Part shown: piece after piece, positions 26,174 through 35,574 of the stretch | How the letters are laid out: every line of letters begins with the position of its first letter | Numbering within the stretch: position 1 is the stretch's first letter | Position numbers and translations under genes: made by a program | DNA from: Longimicrobiales bacterium | GTDB lineage: Bacteria; Gemmatimonadota; Gemmatimonadetes; Longimicrobiales; Gaopeijiaceae | Direction: 5' to 3' | DNA length: 64,000 bases | Assembly (NCBI GenBank): GCA_965221535.1 | Contig: OZ244894.1 | Coordinates: 2,609,059-2,673,058 of the forward strand | The notes under the pieces: generated by a model | Database searches by the model: none | Seen by the model: only the letters and a program-made list of their open reading frames with translations | Told to the model about the DNA's origin: nothing

Positions 26174-27036
26174 TTCTTCAGCCCCCGCAGGTAGACCCGG
26201 AAGGCAATGGACACGGCGTTCATGGCGAGCACGATCCCGATCAGCACCAGGGCCACGCCGAAGGTGAGCTGCTCGGGCACGTCCGTCGCCTGGGTCTGGA
26301 GATAGTACAGATGGTACGACATGGCCATCGTCTGGTCGAAGACGCTCGCGGGGAGGAACGCCAGGAAGGCGGTGGCGCCCGTGAACATGATCGGAGCGGT
26401 CTCGCCGGACGTCCGCGACACTTCGAGGATCACTCCCGTCAGGATGCCGCTGATCGAGTTGGGGAGAACCACCTTGCGGATCGTCTGCCAACGCGTGGCG
26501 CCCATGTTCCAGCACGCCTCCCGGAACGCCTGCGGCACCGCCTGAAGCGCCTCGCGCGTGGCGACGATCACCACCGGCAGCGTCATGACCGCCAGCGTAA
26601 GGCCCGCCGCCAGAATGGAAGCGCCGAACCGGAGGAAGTACACGAAGGCGCCGACGCCAAAGAGCGCGTGCACGATCGACGGCACGCCGGCGAGGTTGAT
26701 GATGGCGAGGTTGATCGTCCGGGTAAGCAGGTTGTCCGGCGCGTACTCGCTCAGATAGAGCGCCGCGGCGACGCCGACCGGCACCGACGCCAGCAGCGCG
26801 ACCACCACCAGCCAGATCGTGCCCACCAGCGCGGGGAATATGCCGCCGGCCGTCATGTTGTCCCGCGGGGCGGTGAACAGGAACTCCCACGAGAGCGCCG
26901 GGCCGCCCCTGACCACCAGCGTGCCCACGACGATCAGCACCGGGATCACCAGCGCCACCGTCATAAGGAAGAACACGGCCCTCGCCACGTTCTGGTTGCG
27001 GTGGCTGCGCCGGTTGAGACGGGTTGCGGCGAACAT
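26167..27036 (-). CDS. pstA: Phosphate ABC transporter permease PstA
   Basis: C-terminal 289 aa of ORF 26167..27909, from ATG 27036 (MFAATRLN…). Six TMs and an EAA-like loop. Confidence 0.85.
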   Translation of the reverse strand: MFAATRLNRRSHRNQNVARAVFFLMTVALVIPVLIVVGTLVVRGGPALSWEFLFTAPRDNMTAGGIFPALVGTIWLVVVALLASVPVGVAAALYLSEYAPDNLLTRTINLAIINLAGVPSIVHALFGVGAFVYFLRFGASILAAGLTLAVMTLPVVIVATREALQAVPQAFREACWNMGATRWQTIRKVVLPNSISGILTGVILEVSRTSGETAPIMFTGATAFLAFLPASVFDQTMAMSYHLYYLQTQATDVPEQLTFGVALVLIGIVLAMNAVSIAFRVYLRGLKKW

Positions 27037-27041
27037 GGGGC

Positions 27042-27929
27042 TCACTTGTTCCGGATTCCGCGGACCACGATGTCCGCGGTGAGGTTGATCACGAAGGTGA
27101 CGACGAAGAGAAGGATGCCCAGCGTGAAGAGGGAGCCCCAGTGGTCGCCGCCCTGAACCGTGTCTCCCAGCTCGGACGCGATGGTCGCCGTAAGCGCCCG
27201 AACCGAATCGAACACGCTCGTCGGAAGGTTGATGGCGTGCCCCGAGGCCATCAGGACGGCCATGGTCTCCCCGAATCCCCTCCCGACCCCCAGCAGCACC
27301 GCCGCCAGCAGCCCGTTGCGGGCCGCGGGAATGACCACCTTGACGATCACCTCCCACCGGGTCGCCCCCAGGGCCTCGGCCGCTTCGCGGTATCCGTCGG
27401 GCACCGCCTTGAGCGCGTCCTCGGCGATCGTGGTCATGATCGGCGCCGCCATGAGCCCCAGGATGATTCCCGCGTTCAGAACGCCAAGCCCCACCGGAAC
27501 GTCGAAGATCCTGATGATCAGGGGGTGCATGATCGCGGCGCCGACGAACCCCCACACCACCGACGGAATCGCCGCCAGCATCTCGACCAGGATCTTCAGC
27601 GCCTCGCGCGTCTTGCCCGTGGCGAACTCGGCGATGAAGAGCGCCGCCCCCAGGGACAGCGGAACGGAAAGCAGCATCGCCAACCCCGTCACGCTGGCGG
27701 TCCCCACGATCAGCGCCAGCGCCCCGTAGGTCGGGTTGTTGGATGTGGGCCGCCACTCGATCGAGGTGAAGAGCTCTCCCAGGTTGAGCGGTCCCAGGAC
27801 GAAGTCCAGCCCCTCCTTGGCGATGAAGACGAAGATGGCGGCGACGAAGACGATCGCCGAGATGCCCCCGACGAACACAAGCACCTGGGCGGCACGATCC
27901 ACATGCCATGCCATGTCCCTGCGGTCCAT
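27042..27929 (-). CDS. pstC: Phosphate ABC transporter permease PstC
   Basis: ORF 27042..27974. Start ATG 27929 (MDRRD…) or 27914 (MAWHV…). PstC-like TM topology. Confidence 0.8.
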   Translation of the reverse strand: MDRRDMAWHVDRAAQVLVFVGGISAIVFVAAIFVFIAKEGLDFVLGPLNLGELFTSIEWRPTSNNPTYGALALIVGTASVTGLAMLLSVPLSLGAALFIAEFATGKTREALKILVEMLAAIPSVVWGFVGAAIMHPLIIRIFDVPVGLGVLNAGIILGLMAAPIMTTIAEDALKAVPDGYREAAEALGATRWEVIVKVVIPAARNGLLAAVLLGVGRGFGETMAVLMASGHAINLPTSVFDSVRALTATIASELGDTVQGGDHWGSLFTLGILLFVVTFVINLTADIVVRGIRNK

Positions 27930-27970
27930 TGCGCCGCGCCCCGGCGCGGCGCTTCGACTATCCACCGGCG

Positions 27971-29053
27971 TCACTCCGAGTCCCGCACTCCAAGGGTCGT
28001 CATCAGACCGCGCACGCGCACCATGAGGGCGCGGTACAGCTCCTCGGCCTCGGATTCGCCGTCAACCCCGTCTTCCGTCAGGTCCCACTGCAGCGTCGCC
28101 GTGGGGTAGGGCACGACGAAGTGCCGCGACGGATCCACGCCGATGCCCACGACCACATGGTAGTGCGGGCCCACATCGAGCGCGTCCTCGAACGACCGGG
28201 GAGCGTCGTCTTCCGGGAGCGCTATGCCCCTTCGCCGACAGAAGTCGCCCAGTCGGGGATCGAACTCGCCGGCGGGCGCGAGGCCCGCGGAACCGAAGCG
28301 CCCCGCGTGCGGATAGCTCTCCTCGAGCGCCACCTGCGCCAGCCTGCTCGTCAGCGCGTGGTCGTCGTCCACAAACAGGATGCGATAGCGCTTTTCCTCC
28401 TTGCGCTTGCCCTTGACGGCGAACAGCGTCATCTCGCAGATGTTCTCGGCCTGCTCGGCCGTCCTCTGCAGCAACCTGAACACGAGCAGCGCGCCGAAGA
28501 GGTCGCGGGCCGGGCGGCGCTCGCTGTCGGCCGCGTCGATCAGGATCTCCAGGGCATAGGGATAGATCCGGGCCGTCTGCGACGCGATGCCGCGCGAGAC
28601 TCCGGCGCTGTCGGGGTCGCCTTCCACGAAGCCCTTCAACGCGGTGCCGAGCGCCTTGCCCGCGTGTCCGCCCATCATCTCCATGTTGTGCCGCACGGTG
28701 TCCGGAAGCCGAGCGCCGATCTGGCGCGCCACCCGACAGATGGCCACGGCGTAGTCGCCCGCCCGCTCCAGGGCCACCGACAGCCGCAGCACGGCCGAGA
28801 TGAACCGCAGGTGGCTGCCGCTGGGAAGGTGGCGCGCCACGAACAGATGGCACCGGTGGTCCAGGTCGCGGATGGCCTGGTTGACCGCGCGGTCCTTGAT
28901 CAGCGTCTCGTTGGCCAGGCGCGGATCGGTGTCAAGCACCGCCCTGACGCTGTGCCTGAGATTGTCCTCGACCTGTTCCGCCACCGGCCGGAGGCGGGCC
29001 AGAATGTCGAGCCGGTCCGCTTCCAGGCGCTCTTCGTAGAGGCTCAAGCGCAC
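27971..29053 (-). CDS. phoU: PhoU (two PhoU repeats) fused to a C-terminal LMW-PTP/ArsC-fold domain in which the catalytic Cys, Arg and Asp are all replaced
   Basis: C-terminal 358-360 aa of ORF 27971..29923. The start is GTG 29053 or TTG 29047, overlapping the pstS stop. PhoU repeats (…LANETLIKDRAVNQAIRDLD…; …ILIDAADSERRPARDLFGALLVFRLLQRTAEQAENICEM…). The tail RILFVDDDHALTSRLAQVALEE…RFGSAGLAPAGEFDPRLGDFCRRRGIALPE…HYHVVVGIG…VVPYP aligns with the LMW-PTP VLFVCLGNICRSPMAEAVF…DPYYG; the P-loop CX5R becomes DDDHALTS. Confidence 0.7.
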   Translation of the reverse strand: MRLSLYEERLEADRLDILARLRPVAEQVEDNLRHSVRAVLDTDPRLANETLIKDRAVNQAIRDLDHRCHLFVARHLPSGSHLRFISAVLRLSVALERAGDYAVAICRVARQIGARLPDTVRHNMEMMGGHAGKALGTALKGFVEGDPDSAGVSRGIASQTARIYPYALEILIDAADSERRPARDLFGALLVFRLLQRTAEQAENICEMTLFAVKGKRKEEKRYRILFVDDDHALTSRLAQVALEESYPHAGRFGSAGLAPAGEFDPRLGDFCRRRGIALPEDDAPRSFEDALDVGPHYHVVVGIGVDPSRHFVVPYPTATLQWDLTEDGVDGESEAEELYRALMVRVRGLMTTLGVRDSE

Positions 29054-29913
29054 TCCATTTCGGTGTGAGGTGCGTACCCGCGCGCCAGGATCAAGCACTG
29101 GCCCTCTGCCGAGAGGATCCAGTCCATGTAGCCCTTGACCGCGCCCTGGGGCTGGCCCGCCGTGTACATCATGAGCGGGCGGGCGATAGGATAGCGACCG
29201 TCGACGGCCGTGGCCATCGTCGGCTCGACGCAGTCGCCGCCGTCCTCGACCGAGATGCAGGGCATGCCCACGTGCTCGGTCGCGTAGGCGAGGCCGCTGT
29301 AGCCGATCGCGCAGGGCGTGTTCTCCACCAGCTCGACAACGTCCTTGGAGCCGTGCATGTCCCGCGATCCGAGCTTGTATTCGCCTTCGTCCCCCAGCAC
29401 CGTCTCCTTGAAGTAGACGTACGTGCCCGAGTTGTTCTGGCGGCTCACGAGCACGATCTCGTCCGAGGTGCAGCCGGGGACGCTCACGCCCAGGTCGGAC
29501 CACCTCGTGATCGATCCCCCGTCTCCGTAGATCGCCCTCAGCTGCGACAGGCTCAAGCCTTGGATGGGGTTGTCCTCGTGGAGGTAGACCGCGAGCGCGT
29601 CGTAGCCAACGACGAACTCGACGGGCTCCACCCCGTTCTCGCGGGCCGCCTCGATCTCCATGTCGCGCATCTTGCGGGACGCGTTGGCGATGTCGACGCT
29701 GCCGTTGATCATCGCGGAAATCCCGGTGCCGGACCCGCCCCCGGTCACGGCGACGGCCACGTCCGGATTGACCGCGGCATACGCTTCGGCCCAGGCCTGC
29801 GCGACGTTGAGCAAAGTGTCCGAGCCCCGGTTCTGGATCAGCGCCCGCTGGTCGCGGTCGCCGCCGCCGCAGGCGACCAGCGCCAGCGCGACGAGGGGGA
29901 TGCATCGCTTCAT
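29044..29913 (-). CDS. pstS: Phosphate ABC transporter substrate-binding lipoprotein PstS
   Basis: Sub-range of ORF 29044..30024. ATG at 29913 gives MKRCIPLVALALVACGGG (lipobox), with a GGAGAGGAG-like RBS upstream. PBP fold (GGGSGTGI, SRKMRDME). Confidence 0.85.
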   Translation of the reverse strand: MKRCIPLVALALVACGGGDRDQRALIQNRGSDTLLNVAQAWAEAYAAVNPDVAVAVTGGGSGTGISAMINGSVDIANASRKMRDMEIEAARENGVEPVEFVVGYDALAVYLHEDNPIQGLSLSQLRAIYGDGGSITRWSDLGVSVPGCTSDEIVLVSRQNNSGTYVYFKETVLGDEGEYKLGSRDMHGSKDVVELVENTPCAIGYSGLAYATEHVGMPCISVEDGGDCVEPTMATAVDGRYPIARPLMMYTAGQPQGAVKGYMDWILSAEGQCLILARGYAPHTEMECA

Positions 29914-30141
29914 GTTCGTCCAACTCCTCTCTTCCGAGTCCGCTTGTCCACCTCTGCGAGCGTGGAACGCTTCGTGTCCGCGTGGAACTGCACTAGTGTC
30001 CGGTTGGCACTGTGTCAGGCGCAACGCTACTGGCCGTTTGTCACAGCGGGGTCACGGCACGGTGACGAGACTGCACCGGCCAGCGAGCCACACGCGCCCG
30101 ACCGGCTGCCCGGCCGCCCCGACCGGCTGCCCCCACCCCCG

Positions 30142-31209
30142 TCAGTAGTACAGGTAGGTCTGCAGCTTGAACGAGAACTCCGTGGGATGCGACTGGGCGC
30201 GGTAGATGTCCAGATTGGCCCCGATCCGGTTCTTCCCGGCCACATACAGAAACACGCCGGGCGTGACCAGCAGCCCGGAGTCGTCGGAGGCGCCCCGATC
30301 CGGATCTCCCCAGCTGACGCGCGCCATGGGCTCGACGCCCGCGAACTGTCCGCCGTCGAGCGGGACGTAGCGGCTCAGGATGGCCTGGCCCGTCAGAAAC
30401 CTCGGCGCGTCGCCCGCCATGGACGATTCGGCCCGCCAGTTCGCGCCCCCGACGAGGCCGATCTGGAGGTGCGTCCCGCTCCGGAATTCACCGACTTCCA
30501 GATCGGCGCCCCACGCGGTTCCTGCGCCCGGATCCCCCGCGCCATTCGTGAAGTCGTGGCGGGACACGTTGGCCGAGATCGAGACCGCGCCGGGCAGCCG
30601 CAGCGACATGCGCCCCGCGATCGACTTGCCCGAGTTTTCGTCCGATCCCGAAGTGCCCGTCCCGTTCGTCAGCGTGGCCATGTAGCTCAGGCGCCCGCCA
30701 ATGGCGCCCTCGGCCTTGAAGCCGATGTCGCGGTCCGAATACGCCAGCTTCTCGGTAAAGCGACTGAGCGTGCAGACGCCCCCCGCTCCGGCGCACCCGC
30801 CCGCTCCGTCGATCCTGCCCGTGCGCTCCACCACAACGATGTCGGTCGAGCTGTCGAGCTCGAAGATGTCGAAGGCCCTCTTGAACTGACCGACCGAGAG
30901 TCTGAATCGGGGATCCACGTTGAGGCGGAAGTAGGCGTCCTTCAGGTCGAGTTCGCCCCCGCCGAAGTCGGGCTGCACCCGGCCATCGAGAAGATCCGAA
31001 ACCGCGACGTCGAGCGTGAGGCGCGCGCGCCGCGTGAAGAAGTCCGTCGCCTTGCCCGCTTCGGCGGAACTTGTCGCAAACTGGGAATGGAGACGGCCGC
31101 CCAGGCGCACCTGCGCGCTGCGGGCGGAGATTTCGACCTGGGCCTGAAGCGCCGGTGTCGCGCCGGCCGACAGTGCGACCGCCGCGCCGAGCGCACGGAT
31201 GCTGATCAC
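30142..31209 (-). CDS. Phosphate-selective porin OprO/OprP family outer-membrane beta-barrel
   Basis: C-terminal part of ORF 30142..32301. GGAGG, an 11-nt spacer, then GTG at 31209 gives M(V)ISIRALGAAVALSAGATPALQAQ. Ends …FSFKLQTYLYY (aromatic C-terminus). Sits directly upstream of pstS. Confidence 0.7.
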   Translation of the reverse strand: MISIRALGAAVALSAGATPALQAQVEISARSAQVRLGGRLHSQFATSSAEAGKATDFFTRRARLTLDVAVSDLLDGRVQPDFGGGELDLKDAYFRLNVDPRFRLSVGQFKRAFDIFELDSSTDIVVVERTGRIDGAGGCAGAGGVCTLSRFTEKLAYSDRDIGFKAEGAIGGRLSYMATLTNGTGTSGSDENSGKSIAGRMSLRLPGAVSISANVSRHDFTNGAGDPGAGTAWGADLEVGEFRSGTHLQIGLVGGANWRAESSMAGDAPRFLTGQAILSRYVPLDGGQFAGVEPMARVSWGDPDRGASDDSGLLVTPGVFLYVAGKNRIGANLDIYRAQSHPTEFSFKLQTYLYY

Positions 31210-31361
31210 GAGTGCGGAAACCTCCGATTGAATGGAGCGGGAACCAATGCCCGTTACATGGAAGCACCGCCATGTCACGAAACGGTGACGGGCACGCGAC
31301 GCCGGCGTAACCAATCGGCGGCGCGGGCCCGGGGCGCCGCTCGCGCCCCCCCTTCCCCTCC

Positions 31362-32639
31362 CTACGCCCCCTCGTCGCCCACCGCCTTCTTGAGCACCTT
31401 CTGGATGTCGAGCCCCAGCACCGAGGCGAGCCCCTCCATGGTGCCGTACGCGCCCTTCACCCGCTGGTTGAGCGCGTTCGAGACGCCTTCGCCCTGGCCG
31501 CCGTCCATGACCACCACCCGGTCGATGTCCACGCCCTCGACCGCGCCCACCGCGATCTCGAGCAGCTCGGGCAGCTTCTCGGCCATGAAGACCGCGAACG
31601 CGGCGTCGCCCCCGGCCCCGACCTCGGCGTACAGCCGCCTCAGCACCTCGACCTGGGCCTTCCCTCGCTCCAGGATCGGCGCCGCCTCGGCCTCGGCGCG
31701 CGCGAACGCCGCCATCTTCTCGGCCTTCGCCGGCTCGACCACATCGGCGCGCAGGCGCTGCTCCTCGCGCTCCACGCGCTTCATCTCGAGGACCTTCTCG
31801 GCCTCGACCTCGGCCTCCTGCGCCTTGACCCGCGATATCTTCTCGGCAGTCTCGCCCTCGCGGTCCAGCTCGGCCTGACGCACGCGCAACTGGTTCCGGG
31901 CCTCGGCGACCTTGATCGATGCCGCCGCCTCGCGCACCTCGGCGCGCCTTCTCGCCTCCGCCCGAGCCTCCCGCGTGTCGGCCTCGGCCTGCGCTTCGGC
32001 AATCTCGGCCTGGCGGATCGCCTCGGCGGACTTCTCGCGGCCGATCGCCTCGAGGTAGCCCCGCTCGTCGCTCACGTTCTGGATCTTCAGCACGTCCAGG
32101 TGGAAGCCCAGCGACGCCAGATCCTCGCCCGCGTCCTCGGACAGCGCCTTCGCGAACCCCAGCCGGTCCTCGTTGACCGCCTCGGGCGTCAGCGTCGCCA
32201 GCACGCCGCGCAGGTTGCCCGTCAGCGTGTCCTGCGCCAGCGCGCGGATCTCGTCCTCGGTCTTGCCCAGCAGCCGCTCGACGGCGTTGTTGAACACCCA
32301 CTCGGGCTGGGACGCGATCTTGACGTTCGCGATCGCCTCGACGTTCAGCGGGATGTTGCCCTTCGAAAAGGCGTTGTTGACCATCACCTCGATCGGAATG
32401 GTCTCCAGGTTCATGTCCTGCACGGTCTCGATGATCGGCACGCGGAACGTTCGCCCGCCGGAAATCGAGCGGTACCCCACCTTCTGCCCGTCGCCGAGCA
32501 TCCGGTTTCTGCCCGTGAGCACCGCGGCCTGGTTGGGCGGCGCGATCACGATCAGGTTCTTGATGGTCACGACGACCATGACGATGACGATCAACGCCAC
32601 GAAGCCCAGTCCAAGGGCGACTATCGGATCGGTAAACAC
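31362..32639 (-). CDS. Flotillin-like SPFH/band-7 domain protein (YqiK/FloA family)
   Basis: C-terminal 425 aa of ORF 31362..33311. AGGAGG, 4-nt spacer, then GTG at 32639 gives M(V)FTDPIVALGLGFVALIVIVMVVV. SPFH domain followed by a long E/A/R-rich coiled coil. Confidence 0.8.
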   Translation of the reverse strand: MFTDPIVALGLGFVALIVIVMVVVTIKNLIVIAPPNQAAVLTGRNRMLGDGQKVGYRSISGGRTFRVPIIETVQDMNLETIPIEVMVNNAFSKGNIPLNVEAIANVKIASQPEWVFNNAVERLLGKTEDEIRALAQDTLTGNLRGVLATLTPEAVNEDRLGFAKALSEDAGEDLASLGFHLDVLKIQNVSDERGYLEAIGREKSAEAIRQAEIAEAQAEADTREARAEARRRAEVREAAASIKVAEARNQLRVRQAELDREGETAEKISRVKAQEAEVEAEKVLEMKRVEREEQRLRADVVEPAKAEKMAAFARAEAEAAPILERGKAQVEVLRRLYAEVGAGGDAAFAVFMAEKLPELLEIAVGAVEGVDIDRVVVMDGGQGEGVSNALNQRVKGAYGTMEGLASVLGLDIQKVLKKAVGDEGA

Positions 32640-32683
32640 TTTTCCTCCTGTGGTTTGCCGGGGCGCGGGCCCCGAGTTGCGGC

Positions 32684-33259
32684 CTATTCTTCGAGCAGCT
32701 TGGTGTCTACTGGCGTAACAAGCGCGACCCCTTCGGTCACGTCCACCACAACGACCGCGGAACCGGCCTCGAGCGTTTGCGCGGCCCCGGGGGGAAGGTC
32801 GGCGCGCGCGCGCATCTCGTATCTCCGCTCGCCGCTCCGGATTCTCACGGCGCCGGTCTCGCCCTCGCCGATGGCCATCACGATCTTGCCGCTCAGCCCC
32901 ACCAGCGCCCGCTCCCCCGGGATCGCCCCGGCCTCGGTTCGCTTGAGGTAGCCGAAGACCGTGCTGACCAGGGCGCCGCACCCCAGCCCCATGCCTGCGG
33001 CGATCAGGGCGGAGAGCATCGGCGGCGTGCCGGCCCACACCAGCAGCAGCCCGCTGCCGCCGAAGCCGAAGAGCGCGTACACGAGCGAGCGGAGCGAAAG
33101 CAGCTTCGCGATCTCGCTGCCGCCCGACAGCGCGTCGGCGTCGGCGTCCATGCCGATGTCGGCCTCGGCGTCGACGTCGCCGCCGAAGAGGTCGCCGAAG
33201 AGCGTGAGCGTCAGAAGCCCTCCTCCGACCACGAGCGAGAAGATGAAGGCTGTAAGCAT
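32684..33259 (-). CDS. NfeD-like membrane protein (partner of the SPFH/flotillin protein)
   Basis: ORF 32684..33259. N-terminal TMs plus a C-terminal OB-fold (…VVVVDVTEGVALVTPV…). Lies immediately upstream of the flotillin gene. Confidence 0.7.
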   Translation of the reverse strand: MLTAFIFSLVVGGGLLTLTLFGDLFGGDVDAEADIGMDADADALSGGSEIAKLLSLRSLVYALFGFGGSGLLLVWAGTPPMLSALIAAGMGLGCGALVSTVFGYLKRTEAGAIPGERALVGLSGKIVMAIGEGETGAVRIRSGERRYEMRARADLPPGAAQTLEAGSAVVVVDVTEGVALVTPVDTKLLEE

Positions 33260-33422
33260 CGAATGTCCTCCCGGGTTGGCGGACAGTACCTTGATACGCG
33301 ACGGATGCCAATCATCTTCACCGCTCGACGGCCCGGCAAGCCCGCTCGCGCCCGCTTGCCCGACAGCTCCCGAACCGGATCGGAGCCCGAACTTGCGAAC
33401 TCGTCCCAGGATCTTGACCCAA

Positions 33423-35456
33423 ATGCCCGCCGCGGCGGGGGCTGCGGCGGGGACCGCTTCGGCTGCTGCGGCGCGGACCGCTTCGGCGGCGGCGGCGCGG
33501 ACCGCTTCGGCGGCCCCGGCGCTGGTCGCTGCGCTGGCGGCGGCCCTGTGCGCGCCCGTCGCGGCCGCGGCGCAGAGCGGCGCCGCCGACGGACAGTGGC
33601 GCCACTACGGCGGCGACGCCGGCAGCACCCGCTACGCCCCCCTGGACCAGATCAGCCGCGACAACGTGGCCGAGCTGGAGATCGCCTGGCGCTGGAAGTC
33701 GGACAACTTCGGCCCGCAGCCAGAGTTCAACTATCGGACCACACCCCTCATGGTGGACGGCGTGCTCTACGCCACGGCGGGGTACCGCCGCACGGTTGCG
33801 GCGATCGACGCTGGCACGGGCGAGACGCTGTGGACGTACCGGCTGGACGAGGGCGACCGGGCGGCGCCCCGCCGCAACTCGGGCCGGGGCGTGGCGTGGT
33901 GGGAGTCGGCCGGCGTCGCGCCGCGCATCTTTATGGTGACGCCCGGGTTCCAGCTGGTGGCGCTCGACGCGGCGACGGGCCGCCCGGTCCCCGGCTTCGG
34001 CGACGGCGGCGTGGTGGAGCTGCGCGTGGGACTGGGCCGGGAGATCGACCTGATCGACGCCCCCATCGGCTCGAGCTCGCCGCCGATCGTGGTGGGCGAC
34101 GTGATCGTGGTGGGGTCGGCGATGCCGTCGGGCGGCGCGCCCCGCTCTCGCGAGATGCCGCCGGGACACGTGCGCGGCTACGACGCCGTCACCGGGGCGC
34201 TCAGGTGGACGTTCCACACCATTCCACAGCCGGGCGAGCACGGCCACGAGACCTGGGAGGACGGGTCGTGGGAATACACCGGCAACGCCGCCGTGTGGAC
34301 CGCGATCAGCGCCGACATGGAGCTCGGCTACGTCTATCTTCCCGTCGAACTCGGGACCGGCGACTACTACGGCGGCCACCGCCCGGGCGACAACCTCTTC
34401 TCGCAAAGCCTGGTCGCGCTGGACGCCTCGACCGGCGAGCGCGTCTGGCACTACCAGACCGTGCGGCACGGCGTCTGGGACTACGACCCCCCGGCCGCGC
34501 CCGTGCTGGCCGACCTGGTGGTGGACGGGCGCGAAGTCCCCGCCGTCGCGCTGATCACCAAGCAGACCTTCACCTTCGTGTTCGACCGGCGCACCGGCGA
34601 GCCCGTGTGGCCGATCGAGGACCGGCCCGTGCCGCAGTCCGACGTGCCGGGGGAGCGGACCGCGGCGACGCAGCCCTTCCCCACCAAGCCGCCCCCGTAC
34701 GACCGCCAGGGGGTCGACCCCGCCGACCTGATCGACTTCACGCCCGAGCTGCGGGCCGAGGCGGAGGAGATCCTGGCGCAGCTTCGCCACGGCCCGCTCT
34801 ACACGCCGCCCACCGTCCCGGTCGAGGGCGGCCCCCAGGGCACGCTCATGGTGCCGGGCTCGCTGGGCGGCGCCAACTGGCCGGGCGGCGCGCTCGACCC
34901 CGGGAGCGGCTACCTGTACGTGCAGTCGGCGACCGCGCCGAGCGTGATTGCGCTCGTCCACGAACCCGACGTCTCCGACATGGACTACATTCGCGGCGGG
35001 GGCCTGAGGCTGCGGCAGGGCGGCGGCCCCCAGGGCCTCCCGCTCTTCAAGCCGCCGTGGGGCCGAATCACCGCCATCGACCTGAACCGCGGCGAGATCG
35101 CGTGGCAGGTCCCCAACGGCGACGCGCCCGACTTCGTGAAGAACCACCCCGCGCTCGAAGGGATCGACGTGGGAAGGACCGGGAGGCCGGACCGGGGCGG
35201 CCTGCTCGCCACGAGCACGCTGCTCTTCGCCGGCGAGGGCGGCGGGATGTACGCCGCCTTCGGCTCGGGCGGCAACAAGTTCCGCGCGCACGACAAGGCG
35301 ACGGGCGAGGTGCTGGCCGAGATCGAGCTGCCCGCAAACCAGACGGGGCTGCCCATGACCTATATGCACGGGGGGCGCCAGTACATCGTGGTGGCGGTGG
35401 GGGCCCGGCGGCACCCCGGCGAGCTGGTGGCGCTGGCGCTGCCGCCGGACAACTGA
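33423..35456 (+). CDS. PQQ-dependent dehydrogenase (quinoprotein glucose/alcohol dehydrogenase family, eight-bladed propeller), secreted
   Basis: Tail of ORF 32961..35456. ATG at 33423 gives MPAAAGAAAGTASAAAARTASAAAARTASAAPALVAALAAALCAPVAAAAQ. W-docking motifs (…AWRWKSDNF…, …RWTFHT…, …VWHYQT…, …IAWQVPNG…). Confidence 0.8.
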   Translation: MPAAAGAAAGTASAAAARTASAAAARTASAAPALVAALAAALCAPVAAAAQSGAADGQWRHYGGDAGSTRYAPLDQISRDNVAELEIAWRWKSDNFGPQPEFNYRTTPLMVDGVLYATAGYRRTVAAIDAGTGETLWTYRLDEGDRAAPRRNSGRGVAWWESAGVAPRIFMVTPGFQLVALDAATGRPVPGFGDGGVVELRVGLGREIDLIDAPIGSSSPPIVVGDVIVVGSAMPSGGAPRSREMPPGHVRGYDAVTGALRWTFHTIPQPGEHGHETWEDGSWEYTGNAAVWTAISADMELGYVYLPVELGTGDYYGGHRPGDNLFSQSLVALDASTGERVWHYQTVRHGVWDYDPPAAPVLADLVVDGREVPAVALITKQTFTFVFDRRTGEPVWPIEDRPVPQSDVPGERTAATQPFPTKPPPYDRQGVDPADLIDFTPELRAEAEEILAQLRHGPLYTPPTVPVEGGPQGTLMVPGSLGGANWPGGALDPGSGYLYVQSATAPSVIALVHEPDVSDMDYIRGGGLRLRQGGGPQGLPLFKPPWGRITAIDLNRGEIAWQVPNGDAPDFVKNHPALEGIDVGRTGRPDRGGLLATSTLLFAGEGGGMYAAFGSGGNKFRAHDKATGEVLAEIELPANQTGLPMTYMHGGRQYIVVAVGARRHPGELVALALPPDN

Positions 35457-35542
35457 GGGAGGGCCGACGCGGTGCGTGCGAAGCTGGCTGACATGGGGAT
35501 ATCGGAAGCGGATGTCGCTGCGGCGGTGGAGTGGGCACGCCA

Positions 35543-35574
35543 AGTAAGGTAAACATGACATTTCTTGACATTCC
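35543..35574. repeat. AT-rich motif, about 1.5 copies, overlapping the acyl-CoA synthetase ATG
   Basis: AGTAAGGTAAACATGACATTT + CTTGACATTCC. Same family as 54028-54111. Confidence 0.6.
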
